DNA of 64,000 nucleotides from Thermodesulfovibrionia bacterium (GTDB lineage: Bacteria > Nitrospirota > Thermodesulfovibrionia > UBA6902): contig CAMYNN010000006.1 of the NCBI GenBank assembly GCA_947259735.1, forward strand, positions 4,998 through 68,997, in the 5' to 3' direction. Made by a program: the position numbers and the translations under genes. The notes below the pieces were generated by a model, which ran no database searches, was not told the DNA's origin, and saw only the letters and a program-made list of their open reading frames with translations. Below, in pieces: positions 48,826-59,130 of this stretch (the first letter of the stretch is position 1; every line of letters starts with the position of its first letter).

Positions 48826-49017
48826 CTATTCATCAGTTTCTTGAGTCGTGCCGTCAGAGGGTTCCAGTTCAGAATTCGTTGACTCAACTTCATCGGAATC
48901 CTGTGAAGGATTCTTTATGCCCTTTAGGCGTTTTAATCTTTTCTCTTCCTGTTTTTTCTGTCGCTGCAGTTCTTTTTTTCGCTTATTGCTGCTGTACATA
49001 CCGGAACGCTTTGCCAT
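48826..49017 (-). CDS. Small hypothetical protein with a Lys/Arg-rich N-half and acidic C-half
   Basis: 63-aa ORF with an AGGAAAGGA RBS. No known domain. Confidence 0.3.
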   Translation of the reverse strand: MAKRSGMYSSNKRKKELQRQKKQEEKRLKRLKGIKNPSQDSDEVESTNSELEPSDGTTQETDE

Positions 49018-49061
49018 AATTTCCTTTCCTGATTAAATTTTTCCAATAAACCTGCTGTAAT

Positions 49062-49421
49062 TCATGAAAATTTTATCTGAATGTCGTATTCAATGTCTGA
49101 GTGGTCATTGGGAGGCTGGTCACTTTCACACGTAAGCTCCCCTGTTGCAGTTTCTTTGTGGTTTCTGATCATCCCGTTTATAACATGAGATAAGTCGAAC
49201 CCGCCATCATCACAGTCCCTGCTCAAGCAGTCAATCTTGAAAAAAGCGTAGCTGCCGGGAGAGAAGTTAATAATCCGGTGTATAGGTTTTGCTATTCCCC
49301 TCTGGTTATACATCATGTCGATAACGATACTTTCAACTTCCGGGTAATGCTTGGACATAAAGCCTGCGTCAAGCTTTTCCTGGATTTTTTCCATTCTTGC
49401 ATGGTTGCTTCTGTTATACAT
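49062..49421 (-). CDS. Hypothetical protein
   Basis: 119-aa ORF between cspA and the small basic ORF. Unrecognised. Confidence 0.35.
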   Translation of the reverse strand: MYNRSNHARMEKIQEKLDAGFMSKHYPEVESIVIDMMYNQRGIAKPIHRIINFSPGSYAFFKIDCLSRDCDDGGFDLSHVINGMIRNHKETATGELTCESDQPPNDHSDIEYDIQIKFS

Positions 49422-49473
49422 CTTTCTCCTTAATGAAAAGACCCCCTCCTTCAGAGGGGACCTTTTACGCTAA

Positions 49474-49674
49474 TTACAGTTTAGAAACATTGATAGCCTT
49501 AAGGCCTTTCATGCCATCTTCCGTATCATAGCTGACTGCATCACCTTCGGCAAGAGATTTGTACCCGTCGCCCATAATGGATGTGTGATGTACAAATGCT
49601 TCACTTCCGTCTTCATTCGTAATAAAGCCAAAGCCTTTGCTGTCATTAAACCATTTCACAGTTCCCTGATTCAT
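49474..49674 (-). CDS. Cold-shock protein (CspA family)
   Basis: [15 protein letters not shown]1 and VHHTSI RNP2 motifs. Confidence 0.9.
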   Translation of the reverse strand: MNQGTVKWFNDSKGFGFITNEDGSEAFVHHTSIMGDGYKSLAEGDAVSYDTEDGMKGLKAINVSKL

Positions 49675-50003
49675 GTCTTGTACCTCCTTCTCTGATAATT
49701 TAAATCCCAGAAGGTTTCAACAATTAAAAAAAGCCACAAAGATCAAGAATCTTCGCGGCCTCATCAACTACAAAAACTTCTAAAACTCTGACTAAGAATA
49801 GCATTTCCCTACACAATGCGTCAAGGAGAAAGTGGAAATTATTCAGTGTATTGAACACTTGCGTGCGGTCCTTCGCATTCCCATATTATTTTCTATCTGA
49901 TCCTAAAGTTCTCATGAATTAATGTCGAATATATTGAACAGGAAATAAAGAGCACCATTAATAAAGATGGAGAGAGTTATTCACATCTCTTTAAAGGGAA
50001 AAG

Positions 50004-50666
50004 ATGATTGTACTGTCTGATGTAACAAAAAATTTCGATAAAAAGAGAGTCTTTCATGATGTTTGCCTGATAATAAAAAAAGGTGAACTGGTGTTCCTGA
50101 CGGGGCCAAGCGGTGCGGGGAAGACCACTATGCTGAAACTTGTTTACTGCTTTGAACGACCTGATAGCGGGAAGGTATTTGTTGATGATGTGGAAGTCAG
50201 CACACTAAAACAGAAGAACATTCCTCAATTAAGACGGGACATCGGCATCGTATTTCAGGATTTCAGGCTGTTCTCCGATAAAACTGTTTATGATAATGTG
50301 GCTGTGGCACTGCAATTTAATGGCATGCACCCCCAGAAAACCAGAGGATATGTAAATGAAATACTGGAAAAAGTAGGATTGCTCAAGACGGCAAAGTACT
50401 TCCCCCAGTATCTGTCAGGTGGCGAACAGCAGAGAATAGTTATTGCGAGAGCAATGGTAACGAAACCAAAAGTAATTCTTGCTGATGAACCAACAGGCAA
50501 CCTTGATGAAGCCAATGCTGAATCAATAATGTATCTCCTGAATGAGATAAGCGAGAAAGGGACTACCGTACTTATCGCAACCCATAATAAAGATATCTAT
50601 CAGGGATCCGGGCACAGAGTGCTGCACCTGGAAAATTCTATTATTGAAAGGGACTATATAGGGTGA
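50004..50666 (+). CDS. ftsE: Cell-division ABC transporter ATP-binding protein
   Basis: ABC ATPase of ~220 aa directly upstream of the ftsX permease. Confidence 0.85.
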   Translation: MIVLSDVTKNFDKKRVFHDVCLIIKKGELVFLTGPSGAGKTTMLKLVYCFERPDSGKVFVDDVEVSTLKQKNIPQLRRDIGIVFQDFRLFSDKTVYDNVAVALQFNGMHPQKTRGYVNEILEKVGLLKTAKYFPQYLSGGEQQRIVIARAMVTKPKVILADEPTGNLDEANAESIMYLLNEISEKGTTVLIATHNKDIYQGSGHRVLHLENSIIERDYIG

Positions 50667-51547
50667 AAATTCTCAGATATTCAATAAAGACTGCGCTTAA
50701 AAGTATCTGGGTTGAAAAATGGTTTAATCTTCTTGCCATTTTCGCCATCAGTATAGGGTTGTTTATTCTCTGCGCATTTGGCATGTTCACATATAATATG
50801 GATTTTGCCATTCAACGGTGGTCGAAAAGCTTCGGAGTAATTGTGTATCTGAGTGACGGTATAAGCGCCGAGGAAGAAAGCATATTAGGGAAAATGTTTC
50901 AGCACGACCCCGATGTTGTAAAGGTGAAACATATATCAAAGGAGCAGGCCCTTGAGGATGTACGGGAGGCATTAGGCTCAAATTCCGTGATTCTTGATTT
51001 CCTGAAGCTTAATCCACTTCCTTCTTCCTTTGAGCTTAAGCTGAAAAGTGACCGGTTACAATCCTCCTATGTCAAAAGTAAAGCTGCACAAATAGAAAAG
51101 ATGAATGGAGTTCAGGAAGTGCAATATGGAGAGAAATGGCTGTCATCTCTGAATACTGCTACAAAAATAATGAAAGTTGTGGCCATCTTTTTCGGGGCTG
51201 TTATATTGATTGCAGTGACATTTATAACGTACAGCATAATTAAGATCTTCTTTCACAGAAGGAAAGATGATATTGAAACACTTAAATTGCTTGGTGCTCC
51301 AAGAAGATTTATCAGACTCCCTTTATTATTTGAAGGTATGTTTATGGGATCTGTCGGCGGGGCTATCAGTTCACTTGCCTTATTTATAATTTATTCAATT
51401 GTATATTCAAAAGTTGCCGAATATATTCCTTCTATCAGGCTGGTAATAACTTCATTGCCGCTCGCTCTCTATGCCGCCATTCCACTGGGTGGGATGTTAA
51501 TGAGCCTCATGGGGAGTTTTATTGCTGTCGGCAGAATCAGGTATTAA
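50663..51547 (+). CDS. ftsX: Cell-division ABC transporter permease
   Basis: 4-TM FtsX topology with a large periplasmic loop. Overlaps ftsE by 4 nt. Confidence 0.8.
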   Translation: MKILRYSIKTALKSIWVEKWFNLLAIFAISIGLFILCAFGMFTYNMDFAIQRWSKSFGVIVYLSDGISAEEESILGKMFQHDPDVVKVKHISKEQALEDVREALGSNSVILDFLKLNPLPSSFELKLKSDRLQSSYVKSKAAQIEKMNGVQEVQYGEKWLSSLNTATKIMKVVAIFFGAVILIAVTFITYSIIKIFFHRRKDDIETLKLLGAPRRFIRLPLLFEGMFMGSVGGAISSLALFIIYSIVYSKVAEYIPSIRLVITSLPLALYAAIPLGGMLMSLMGSFIAVGRIRY

Positions 51548-52766
51548 ATTGTTTGTAATCAGGCAAAGCACAAAAAAAAAACGTTTCAATATAATTAAAT
51601 ATATTTCGCTATTTAATATTGTTTTCCTGCTGGCCTTCGGCCTTATTTTTTTCCTAAGCAAATCTGACTGTTCCGCTTCTAATTCAGAAAAAAAACTCCA
51701 GGAAATCCAGGACAAACTTAAATCAAAGCTGGACGCATTAAAGGAAACGAGCTATAAAGAAAAATCCGTAACGAAAAAGCTGGATGAAATTAATAAGAAT
51801 ATCGGAAAAAAAGAGAGAGAACTCGATCAGTACAGCACGAAGATAGAACAAACACAGTCGGAGATTCAATCCCTTACTGACCAGGTCGATGTGATCTCCG
51901 GCAAGTTAAAGGGGAACATTGAATACTTAGAGGAAATCGTCGTAGCTTTTTATAAAAAACAATATGACAGCAACGCTCTTGTCCTTTTGTCGGCGAGTGA
52001 TTATCAGGACCTCATACAGAAATTGAAATATACAAGCCTGATTGCACATTATGACGGGAATGTAATAAATCAATATGGTGATGAAATAAAACGGATGAAT
52101 GAGAAAAAGCAGAGACTGGAGGCATTGCAGAAAGAGCGCAGCTCTTCAATAAATAATGCAAAGAAACGGAAAATAGTATTGCAGAAAGAAAGTCAGAAAA
52201 AAGACAAGCTCCTTGCCAGTTTAAAGGCAAAACGGAATGAGCATGAGAAGAATATTAAAGAGCTTGAGAATTCATCACAAAAAGTCCTGGCCATGCTAAA
52301 GAATATTAAATCGCAAAGCCTTCCACAATCAATTGTTGGTAAAGGGTTTAAGACATTAAAAGGGCTCCTTCCCTGGCCCGTTGACGGGAAAATCCTGATC
52401 CCCTATGGAGAAAACAAGAAAGTTGAGTCCGGGACATCAGTGTTTAAGAGTGGCATTGAAATCAAGGCACAACCGGAAGACATAGTAGAAGCGGTAGCAG
52501 GAGGGCGGGTGGTATATGCCGATGAATTTAAGGGATACGGTAAATTAGTAATAATTGACCATGGCAATGGGTATCATAGTCTTTACGGGAACCTTTCAGG
52601 GATTTCTCTTGAAAAAGGCAATATTGTCCTTAAAGGCTTTGAAGTAGGCAATGTACTCACATCAAAAATTCTTAATATTCCAACTTTGTATTTTGAGATT
52701 AGACACAGAGGCAAACCAGTTAATCCTATGGACTGGCTAAGCAGACAAATCAAGAATAAAGCATAA
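51522..52766 (+). CDS. EnvC-like murein hydrolase activator (coiled-coil + LytM/M23 domain)
   Basis: Long coiled-coil. C-terminal M23 fold with a degenerate active site typical of EnvC. Follows ftsEX. Confidence 0.7.
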   Translation: MLSAESGIKLFVIRQSTKKKRFNIIKYISLFNIVFLLAFGLIFFLSKSDCSASNSEKKLQEIQDKLKSKLDALKETSYKEKSVTKKLDEINKNIGKKERELDQYSTKIEQTQSEIQSLTDQVDVISGKLKGNIEYLEEIVVAFYKKQYDSNALVLLSASDYQDLIQKLKYTSLIAHYDGNVINQYGDEIKRMNEKKQRLEALQKERSSSINNAKKRKIVLQKESQKKDKLLASLKAKRNEHEKNIKELENSSQKVLAMLKNIKSQSLPQSIVGKGFKTLKGLLPWPVDGKILIPYGENKKVESGTSVFKSGIEIKAQPEDIVEAVAGGRVVYADEFKGYGKLVIIDHGNGYHSLYGNLSGISLEKGNIVLKGFEVGNVLTSKILNIPTLYFEIRHRGKPVNPMDWLSRQIKNKA

Positions 52767-53007
52767 CCCAACCCAGAGTACGTCCCAATTTCGACATGCT
52801 TCCCCCTTTCCTTTTGAGAAGAGAGCTCTGATTATTACAGGTCGAATATGAAAACGGGGACATGAGAGCCACTGCTCAAGGCAGATGAACAGGCCATGCA
52901 GTCCGAAATCGGGAAATGGATACCCAAAATTATCTACATAAAACTGATATAATACGGTATATTATTTACCTGAATCATATCACTTTACGAGACACATTCA
53001 CGACGCA

Positions 53008-55638
53008 ATGGAAAGTAAAAAGATACGACAGTTATTCCTCGATTTCTTTAAGGAGAAGGGGCACGAGATCCTCCCAAGCTCAAACCTTTTACCCAAAGAT
53101 GATCCGACACTTCTGTTTACCAATGCAGGCATGGTTCAGTTTAAATCCATTTTCCTCGGTGAGGAGGACAGTCCGCAGAAGAGGGCTGTCACTGTCCAGA
53201 AATGTCTCAGGGCAGGCGGGAAACACAATGATCTTGAAAATGTGGGCAGGACTGCACGGCACCACACTTTTTTTGAGATGCTCGGAAACTTTTCCTTCGG
53301 AGATTATTTCAAAAAAGAAGCAACCGAGTGGGCCTGGGAATTTCTTACCGAACGGGTAAAGCTTCCTGCTGATAAACTTTTAATTACAGTCTATGAAAAA
53401 GATGATGAGGCAGCTGAAATATGGGAAAAACATGTCGGTATTTCTCCGGAAAAGATATTCAGACTCGGTGAGAAAGACAATTTCTGGCAGATGGGTGATA
53501 CCGGGCCATGCGGGCCATGCTCGGAGATACATATAGATCAGGGACCTGAGGCGGGCTGCGGGAAGCCGGACTGTCAGGTAGGATGTGACTGCGACCGGTA
53601 CCTTGAGATATGGAATCTTGTGTTCATGCAGTACAACAGGGATTCAGCGGGTGAGCTGACTCCGCTGCCGAAGCCGAGCATTGACACCGGAATGGGGCTT
53701 GAAAGGCTCTCTGCTGTGCTCCAGGGCAAAATGAATAATTTTGATACCGATCTGTTTACGCCGATATTTAAATATGTAGAAGACATTTCGGGAAAGAAAT
53801 ACGGATCCAATCCAGAGGTAGATATCTCCATGCGCGTTATCGCTGACCATATCAGGACAGCAGCATTTGTTTTGTCCGAAGGCCTGACTCCATCCAATGA
53901 GGGCAGGGGATATGTCTTGAGGAGGATCATCAGGAGGGCTGCCCGGCACGGCTTCATGCTTGGCATAAAGAAACCATTTCTTTACGAAGTGCTTGATCCT
54001 GTGTATGACATGATGTCAGGCCCCTATCCTGAACTGATCGAAGATACAGAAAACAGCCGGAAAATACTTCGGTTAGAAGAAGAAAGGTTTGCCCACACCC
54101 TTACATCGGGTATGGCTATACTGGATGAGCTTGTGGATAAAATAAAATCTTTGGGGAAAGATACTATCCCCGGTTCTGAACTCTTTAAATTATATGATAC
54201 CTATGGCTTTCCCCTGGACCTTGCCCAGGATATTGCGGAAGACAGCAGCCTGAAAGTGGACCATAGGGGATTCAATGAGGAGATGGAACTTCAGAAGTCA
54301 CGGGCGAGGGCTTCCTGGGTGGGGGCAGAGGCAGAAATTCCTGAAGTATACAGGAAGGTGAAAGAGATGTTCCCCCCAACAGAATTTCTCGGGTATGAAA
54401 CGATGCAGGCAGACTGTATGGTGAACGGGTTGATAAAAGATGGTTCACTTGTTGAAGAAGTGACTGAGGGAGAAGAAGTGGAAATTGTTCTCGACCGGAG
54501 CCCTTTCTATGGTGAGTCGGGCGGGCAGGTCGGCGATGCGGGAGTTATGAAATCGGGCGGCCTTCGGGTTGAAGTACAGAATTCAAAAAAAATGAATGAC
54601 ATACTGATCCACGCCGGTATTGTTAAAAAAGGTGTTCTCAGAAGAGGTATTGCTGTTCATGTCTCTGTAGAAGAGGAAAGACGGCAGTCCATTATGCGGA
54701 ACCACACGGCGACACACCTTCTTCACGCAGCATTAAAAGCAGTTCTCGGAGATCATATTAAGCAGGCCGGCTCACTCGTTGCTGAAGACAGGCTCAGGTT
54801 TGACTTCACTCATTTCTTTGCGATGGATGAGCGGGAGATAAAGGAAGTCGAAGATATTGTGAACAGGAACATAATCGATAATGTGCCGGTTCAGGTGTCG
54901 GAAACGTCTCTTGACGAGGCAATTAACAGTGGAGTGACAGCGCTTTTTGGGGAGAAATATGGCCACGAAGTAAGAGTTGTACGGGCCGGTGAATTCTCTG
55001 CAGAACTCTGCGGCGGTACTCACTGTCATGCGACAGGAGATATCGGACCCTTCCGGATAATATCGGAAAGCAGTGCGGCGTCGGGTATCAGGCGCATCGA
55101 GGCACTTACCGGTTTTGCTTCTCTTGATTTTAACAGGAAGAGGGAGTCGGAACTGAAGAAAACGGCCGGGCTTCTCAAGGTGGCTGAATTAAAGGTTCTG
55201 GATAAAGTGTCAAAAATTATTGGTGACGTGAAAGAGCAGGAAAAGGAACTGAACAAGTTTAAGCAGAAGAGGGTCGCCGGAAACATTGATGATATCCTGA
55301 AGAGTACTGTGGAAATAGATACAGTAAATGTGCTTGCCCATAAAATTGACGGCCTGGACATGAAATCATTAAGGGACCTTGTTGACAAACTGAAGGACAG
55401 GATCGGTTCCGGTGTTATAGTCCTCGGTTCTGTACTCGACGGGCAGGCCTACTATGTCTCTTCAGTAACAAAGGACAATATTCCCCGCTTTCATGCAGGA
55501 GACCTGTTGAAGAAGGTTACCGGCGGAAAAGGAGGAGGCAGGCCGGACATGGCCCAGGGCGGAACGAAGGACATTGCGGGAATGGAGGAGGCACTGTCTT
55601 CATTGTCTGATATAATTAAAAATATAGATGAGAGTTAA
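53008..55638 (+). CDS. alaS: Alanine--tRNA ligase
   Basis: Class II aaRS motifs, editing domain (HTATHLLH), C-terminal DHHA1. Confidence 0.95.
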   Translation: MESKKIRQLFLDFFKEKGHEILPSSNLLPKDDPTLLFTNAGMVQFKSIFLGEEDSPQKRAVTVQKCLRAGGKHNDLENVGRTARHHTFFEMLGNFSFGDYFKKEATEWAWEFLTERVKLPADKLLITVYEKDDEAAEIWEKHVGISPEKIFRLGEKDNFWQMGDTGPCGPCSEIHIDQGPEAGCGKPDCQVGCDCDRYLEIWNLVFMQYNRDSAGELTPLPKPSIDTGMGLERLSAVLQGKMNNFDTDLFTPIFKYVEDISGKKYGSNPEVDISMRVIADHIRTAAFVLSEGLTPSNEGRGYVLRRIIRRAARHGFMLGIKKPFLYEVLDPVYDMMSGPYPELIEDTENSRKILRLEEERFAHTLTSGMAILDELVDKIKSLGKDTIPGSELFKLYDTYGFPLDLAQDIAEDSSLKVDHRGFNEEMELQKSRARASWVGAEAEIPEVYRKVKEMFPPTEFLGYETMQADCMVNGLIKDGSLVEEVTEGEEVEIVLDRSPFYGESGGQVGDAGVMKSGGLRVEVQNSKKMNDILIHAGIVKKGVLRRGIAVHVSVEEERRQSIMRNHTATHLLHAALKAVLGDHIKQAGSLVAEDRLRFDFTHFFAMDEREIKEVEDIVNRNIIDNVPVQVSETSLDEAINSGVTALFGEKYGHEVRVVRAGEFSAELCGGTHCHATGDIGPFRIISESSAASGIRRIEALTGFASLDFNRKRESELKKTAGLLKVAELKVLDKVSKIIGDVKEQEKELNKFKQKRVAGNIDDILKSTVEIDTVNVLAHKIDGLDMKSLRDLVDKLKDRIGSGVIVLGSVLDGQAYYVSSVTKDNIPRFHAGDLLKKVTGGKGGGRPDMAQGGTKDIAGMEEALSSLSDIIKNIDES

Positions 55639-55640
55639 AA

Positions 55641-55720
55641 GTTAAGAGTGAAAAGTTGAAAGTGATAGTTTTGATTTCTTTTTCCCTTTAACTCTTAACT
55701 CTTAATTTTTAACTCCAAAG
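55641..55720 (+). terminator. Hairpin terminator after alaS (GTTAAGAGT … ACTCTTAAC inverted repeats)
   Basis: Inverted repeats AAGTTAAGAGTGAAAAGTTGAAAG / CTTTAACTCTTAACTCTTAA followed by a T-rich run. Confidence 0.5.
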
Positions 55721-55728
55721 GGGGTATT

Positions 55729-56052
55729 ATGACAATAAATGAATTAGTCCACAGGGCATTAATGGCAGGAATTGGCATCCCTGAGAAGCTGAATGAACTT
55801 GTCGATGATCTCGTTCAAAAGGGAGAGTTGAGTGAAAGTCAGGGGGCCAAACTCGTAAAAGAGTGCTCGGACAAGGTAAGTAAATCAGGAGAGGACATTA
55901 CAAAGGGTATCACAGAGACCGTAAACAAAGCCCTCGAGAAAATGAACATCCCCACGGCGGATGAGATTGAAAAGCTGAATAAAAAAGTGACCAGTCTTGC
56001 CGCGCGAGTGAAAAAACTTGAAGAGGCTTCCTCGTCCGGGAAGAATGATTGA
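55729..56052 (+). CDS. Phasin-family / PHA-granule-associated-like small helical protein
   Basis: ~107-aa all-helical protein with an ELV…L…KG…S…EG.KLV pattern. Commonly found upstream of ubiB/ABC1 kinase genes. Confidence 0.4.
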   Translation: MTINELVHRALMAGIGIPEKLNELVDDLVQKGELSESQGAKLVKECSDKVSKSGEDITKGITETVNKALEKMNIPTADEIEKLNKKVTSLAARVKKLEEASSSGKND

Positions 56053-56114
56053 TGGCCGTGCAGTTCCGCTGCATGCAATGACAGATTGAGAAGAGCACTG
56101 TTTTATAATTAAGA

Positions 56115-57821
56115 ATGCCCATTTCAAGCCTTTTACGATACTGGTATACGTACAAGAACATTAACCGGGTAAGACAGATTGTCAATGTCTTCTTAAAACA
56201 CGGTTTCGGCCAGTTCATCCAGCAGGTAAATCTGACCCGCTTCATCCCCCTCAGGAAACGGCTCAAAATATTCAGCCGGTGGCATGAGTATGAGCGGTAT
56301 ACAATTGCCGAAAGGCTCAGGATGGCATTCAGTGAGCTTGGCCCCTCTTTCATAAAGCTTGCACAGATACTTTCTTCACGACCTGACCTTATAACCCCGG
56401 CATACGCAGAGGAGTTCAAAAAGCTCCAGGACAAGGTCCCTCCTTTCCCCCCGGCTCAGGCACGTCAGATTGTTGAGGCCGAATTTAACATATCCATAGA
56501 GGACACATTTAAAGAATTTGAAAATTTACCTTTAGCTGCAGCGTCAATTGCACAGGTCCATAGCGCACTTCTCAAAACGGGGGAAAAGGTAATTGTAAAA
56601 GTACAGCGGCCTGATATAGGCGACATTATAGAAACAGATATTGCTATCCTGGGTGCCATATCCCGGCTGATGCTGAAATATCTTCCGGAAAGCCGGCTCT
56701 TTGATCCGGAGGGGATTGTGGATGAATTTGCACGGTCTGTAAAAAAAGAACTGGATTTTATTGCAGAGGCAAAGCATGCCCAGCGGTTCAAAAGGAACTT
56801 TGCCGGCAATGAAAATATCTGTATCCCCGATATCTATTCTGAACTACTGTCAGGAAAGGTCATTGTCATGGAGCGCCTTGAGGGAGTGAGGATAGATGAT
56901 ATCAAAGGGATAGACGCTCTCGGATTTGATAAAGCTCAAATTGCCAGGACAGGAGTGGATGCCTATTTCAAGATGATCTTTGAAGACGGATTTTTTCATG
57001 CAGACCCTCACCCCGGGAATCTGTTTGTTTTGTCTGACGGCAGGATAGGGCTTATGGATTTCGGGATCGTGGGTCTTCTTACGCCCGATATGAAGGAGAG
57101 CATTGCCAGTGCCTTTCTCGCTGTTCTCCATAAAGACTTTGACCGGCTTGTCGATCAGTACATAGAACTGGGACTCGTTTCAGATGGTATTGATCTCGAT
57201 GTATTCAAGAGGGAATTCAGGACCGATCTCATGTACCTGCTGGAGCCGCTCTATGACATGACCATCGCTGAACTGAATTTCCCTGAATATCTTGAGGCAC
57301 TCACCCAGCTGGTACTCAAGCACGGACTGAAAGTGCCTTCAGAGCTCATCCTGATGAATAAGACAATTATGATCCTGGACAATATCGGCAGACAGCTCGA
57401 TCCCCGGTTTAACGCTGCAACAGCGGCAGAGCCCTATGCAGCTGATCTGGTTAAAAACAGGTACAGTCCCCAGAGGGTCCTGGACAAGGCGAGAAATAAT
57501 GTCTCCGAAATCAGCGATGCCCTGCTTGATACGCCGAAGCAGATGAACCGGCTTTTAAGAAAAACACTTCGGAATGAAGTGAGTTTCAGAATCGACCCTG
57601 TGGGCATGGAGAAGCTTATTGTGGATATTGACCGCTCAAGCAACCGCATTGCCTTCAGCCTTATTGTGGCGTCCATTATTGTGGGGTCATCGCTCCTGAT
57701 ACAATCTGATATCGGCGGCAGGATCTTCGGTCTTCCTACAATTGGAGCTATCGGATTTCTGGTTGCCATAGTGCTTGGAATAAGACTTCTTTTATCTATT
57801 TTAAAATCTGGTAAATTATAA
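56115..57821 (+). CDS. ubiB: ABC1/UbiB-family atypical kinase
   Basis: ABC1 motifs (…AAASIAQVH…, catalytic HADPHPGN, DFG). C-terminal TM helices. Confidence 0.85.
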   Translation: MPISSLLRYWYTYKNINRVRQIVNVFLKHGFGQFIQQVNLTRFIPLRKRLKIFSRWHEYERYTIAERLRMAFSELGPSFIKLAQILSSRPDLITPAYAEEFKKLQDKVPPFPPAQARQIVEAEFNISIEDTFKEFENLPLAAASIAQVHSALLKTGEKVIVKVQRPDIGDIIETDIAILGAISRLMLKYLPESRLFDPEGIVDEFARSVKKELDFIAEAKHAQRFKRNFAGNENICIPDIYSELLSGKVIVMERLEGVRIDDIKGIDALGFDKAQIARTGVDAYFKMIFEDGFFHADPHPGNLFVLSDGRIGLMDFGIVGLLTPDMKESIASAFLAVLHKDFDRLVDQYIELGLVSDGIDLDVFKREFRTDLMYLLEPLYDMTIAELNFPEYLEALTQLVLKHGLKVPSELILMNKTIMILDNIGRQLDPRFNAATAAEPYAADLVKNRYSPQRVLDKARNNVSEISDALLDTPKQMNRLLRKTLRNEVSFRIDPVGMEKLIVDIDRSSNRIAFSLIVASIIVGSSLLIQSDIGGRIFGLPTIGAIGFLVAIVLGIRLLLSILKSGKL

Positions 57822-57871
57822 AATGTTCTGCATCATGCAGAGACAAAGAACATTGGCCGGGAGGGAAGGAA

Positions 57872-58309
57872 ATGACACTGGATGAACTGAAGCAATACTG
57901 TGACGGAGAATTTCAAAACATCGACAAAGTAGTGAATGAACTGAATGTGCTTTATAGTAAGGAAAAACAGGTATATACCATAGCCGAACAGGCTTCTTTA
58001 GCTACCTTTATGATGAACGCATACAGCGGAATGGAAAACGTCCTGAAACAAATGCTCCTCTATGACAAGCTGGATATTGAAGATTCTCCGGGATGGCATG
58101 AAAAGGTGCTGAAAAAATCGGGAGAGATTGGAATTCTTCCGCCGGAACTGTTTCACCTCTTGTCCAAGTACCTGTCATTCAGAAACTACTTTATTTATTC
58201 ATACGTCTTTACCATTCAGTGGGATGATATGAAGCCCCTGGTAGAGGGGATGAAAGATGTTGTTGCACAGGTCAAGACTGAAGTTAATGAGTATTTTCAG
58301 ACAATTTGA
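57872..58309 (+). CDS. HEPN/HepT-like (DUF86-like) protein with a degenerate Rx4-(H to Y)-xY motif
   Basis: ~145-aa helical protein. FRNYFIYSY lies where HepT carries R-x4-H-x-Y. Overlaps the next gene by 4 nt. Confidence 0.3.
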   Translation: MTLDELKQYCDGEFQNIDKVVNELNVLYSKEKQVYTIAEQASLATFMMNAYSGMENVLKQMLLYDKLDIEDSPGWHEKVLKKSGEIGILPPELFHLLSKYLSFRNYFIYSYVFTIQWDDMKPLVEGMKDVVAQVKTEVNEYFQTI

Positions 58310-58899
58310 AGAAAACTATGCCTGGAACTGACACTGAAAACATAATTATTATTGATGATATTGAGGTGGACATAGCATCTCTGTATTCGATCAAACACCG
58401 GTGCGTTCCCGGTAAATGCAGTAAGAATAAGTGCTGCTGTTCAAAATATGATATCTGCATTGATGAGGTGGAGATGAAGCGGATAGTCGGTTATCTGCCG
58501 GAAGCCGTGAAGTTTGTACCTCATCTTGATGACGGGTCGGGATTTGAGAACATCTTCGAAGAAGAGGAGCCGGGTTTATTCATCATAGATGCAGAGGAAG
58601 ATGGCCTGTGCCTCTTCGCTTACCCAGATGAGGAGGAAAAAATATTCTGTTCCCTCCACTCAACGGCACTGGAACTGCAGCTTCATCCGCACAAAGTAAA
58701 GCCCCGTTCATGCATTACCTGGCCCTTAGCTGTCACAGACGATGCGCCTATGCAGCTTTCTATAGCTGAGGATGCTTTCAGCTTTCCCTGTAATATCCGC
58801 AGGGAAAAGAGTTTATCACTGGATCCGGATATTGCACAGATTGTTAAAGATGTATTTGGTGAGCAGTTTTTGATGAAGCTTGAAAAATCCGACCGGTAA
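58306..58899 (+). CDS. Cys-rich hypothetical protein (DUF3109-like)
   Basis: CVPGKCSKNKCCCSKYDIC cluster. No catalytic family recognised. Confidence 0.3.
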   Translation: MKKTMPGTDTENIIIIDDIEVDIASLYSIKHRCVPGKCSKNKCCCSKYDICIDEVEMKRIVGYLPEAVKFVPHLDDGSGFENIFEEEEPGLFIIDAEEDGLCLFAYPDEEEKIFCSLHSTALELQLHPHKVKPRSCITWPLAVTDDAPMQLSIAEDAFSFPCNIRREKSLSLDPDIAQIVKDVFGEQFLMKLEKSDR

Positions 58900-59130
58900 G
58901 ATATTCCAGCTATTCCAGGAAGTGCAATGAGAAAAAAGCAGGTATTGCTCAATCAGATAATTAACTCGATAAATTACAGAAATATTATTTGTATGGCTTT
59001 GAATAATAATGTGCGCGCTCAGATTGGTTCATACTGCGTCTAAGGTACCTGCCGGCAGGCAGGTCGAAAATTATCTACTTTCACAATACCTGCTTTTTTC
59101 GGGTTGTTGAAAGAGATCTTCTTCGGAAAC

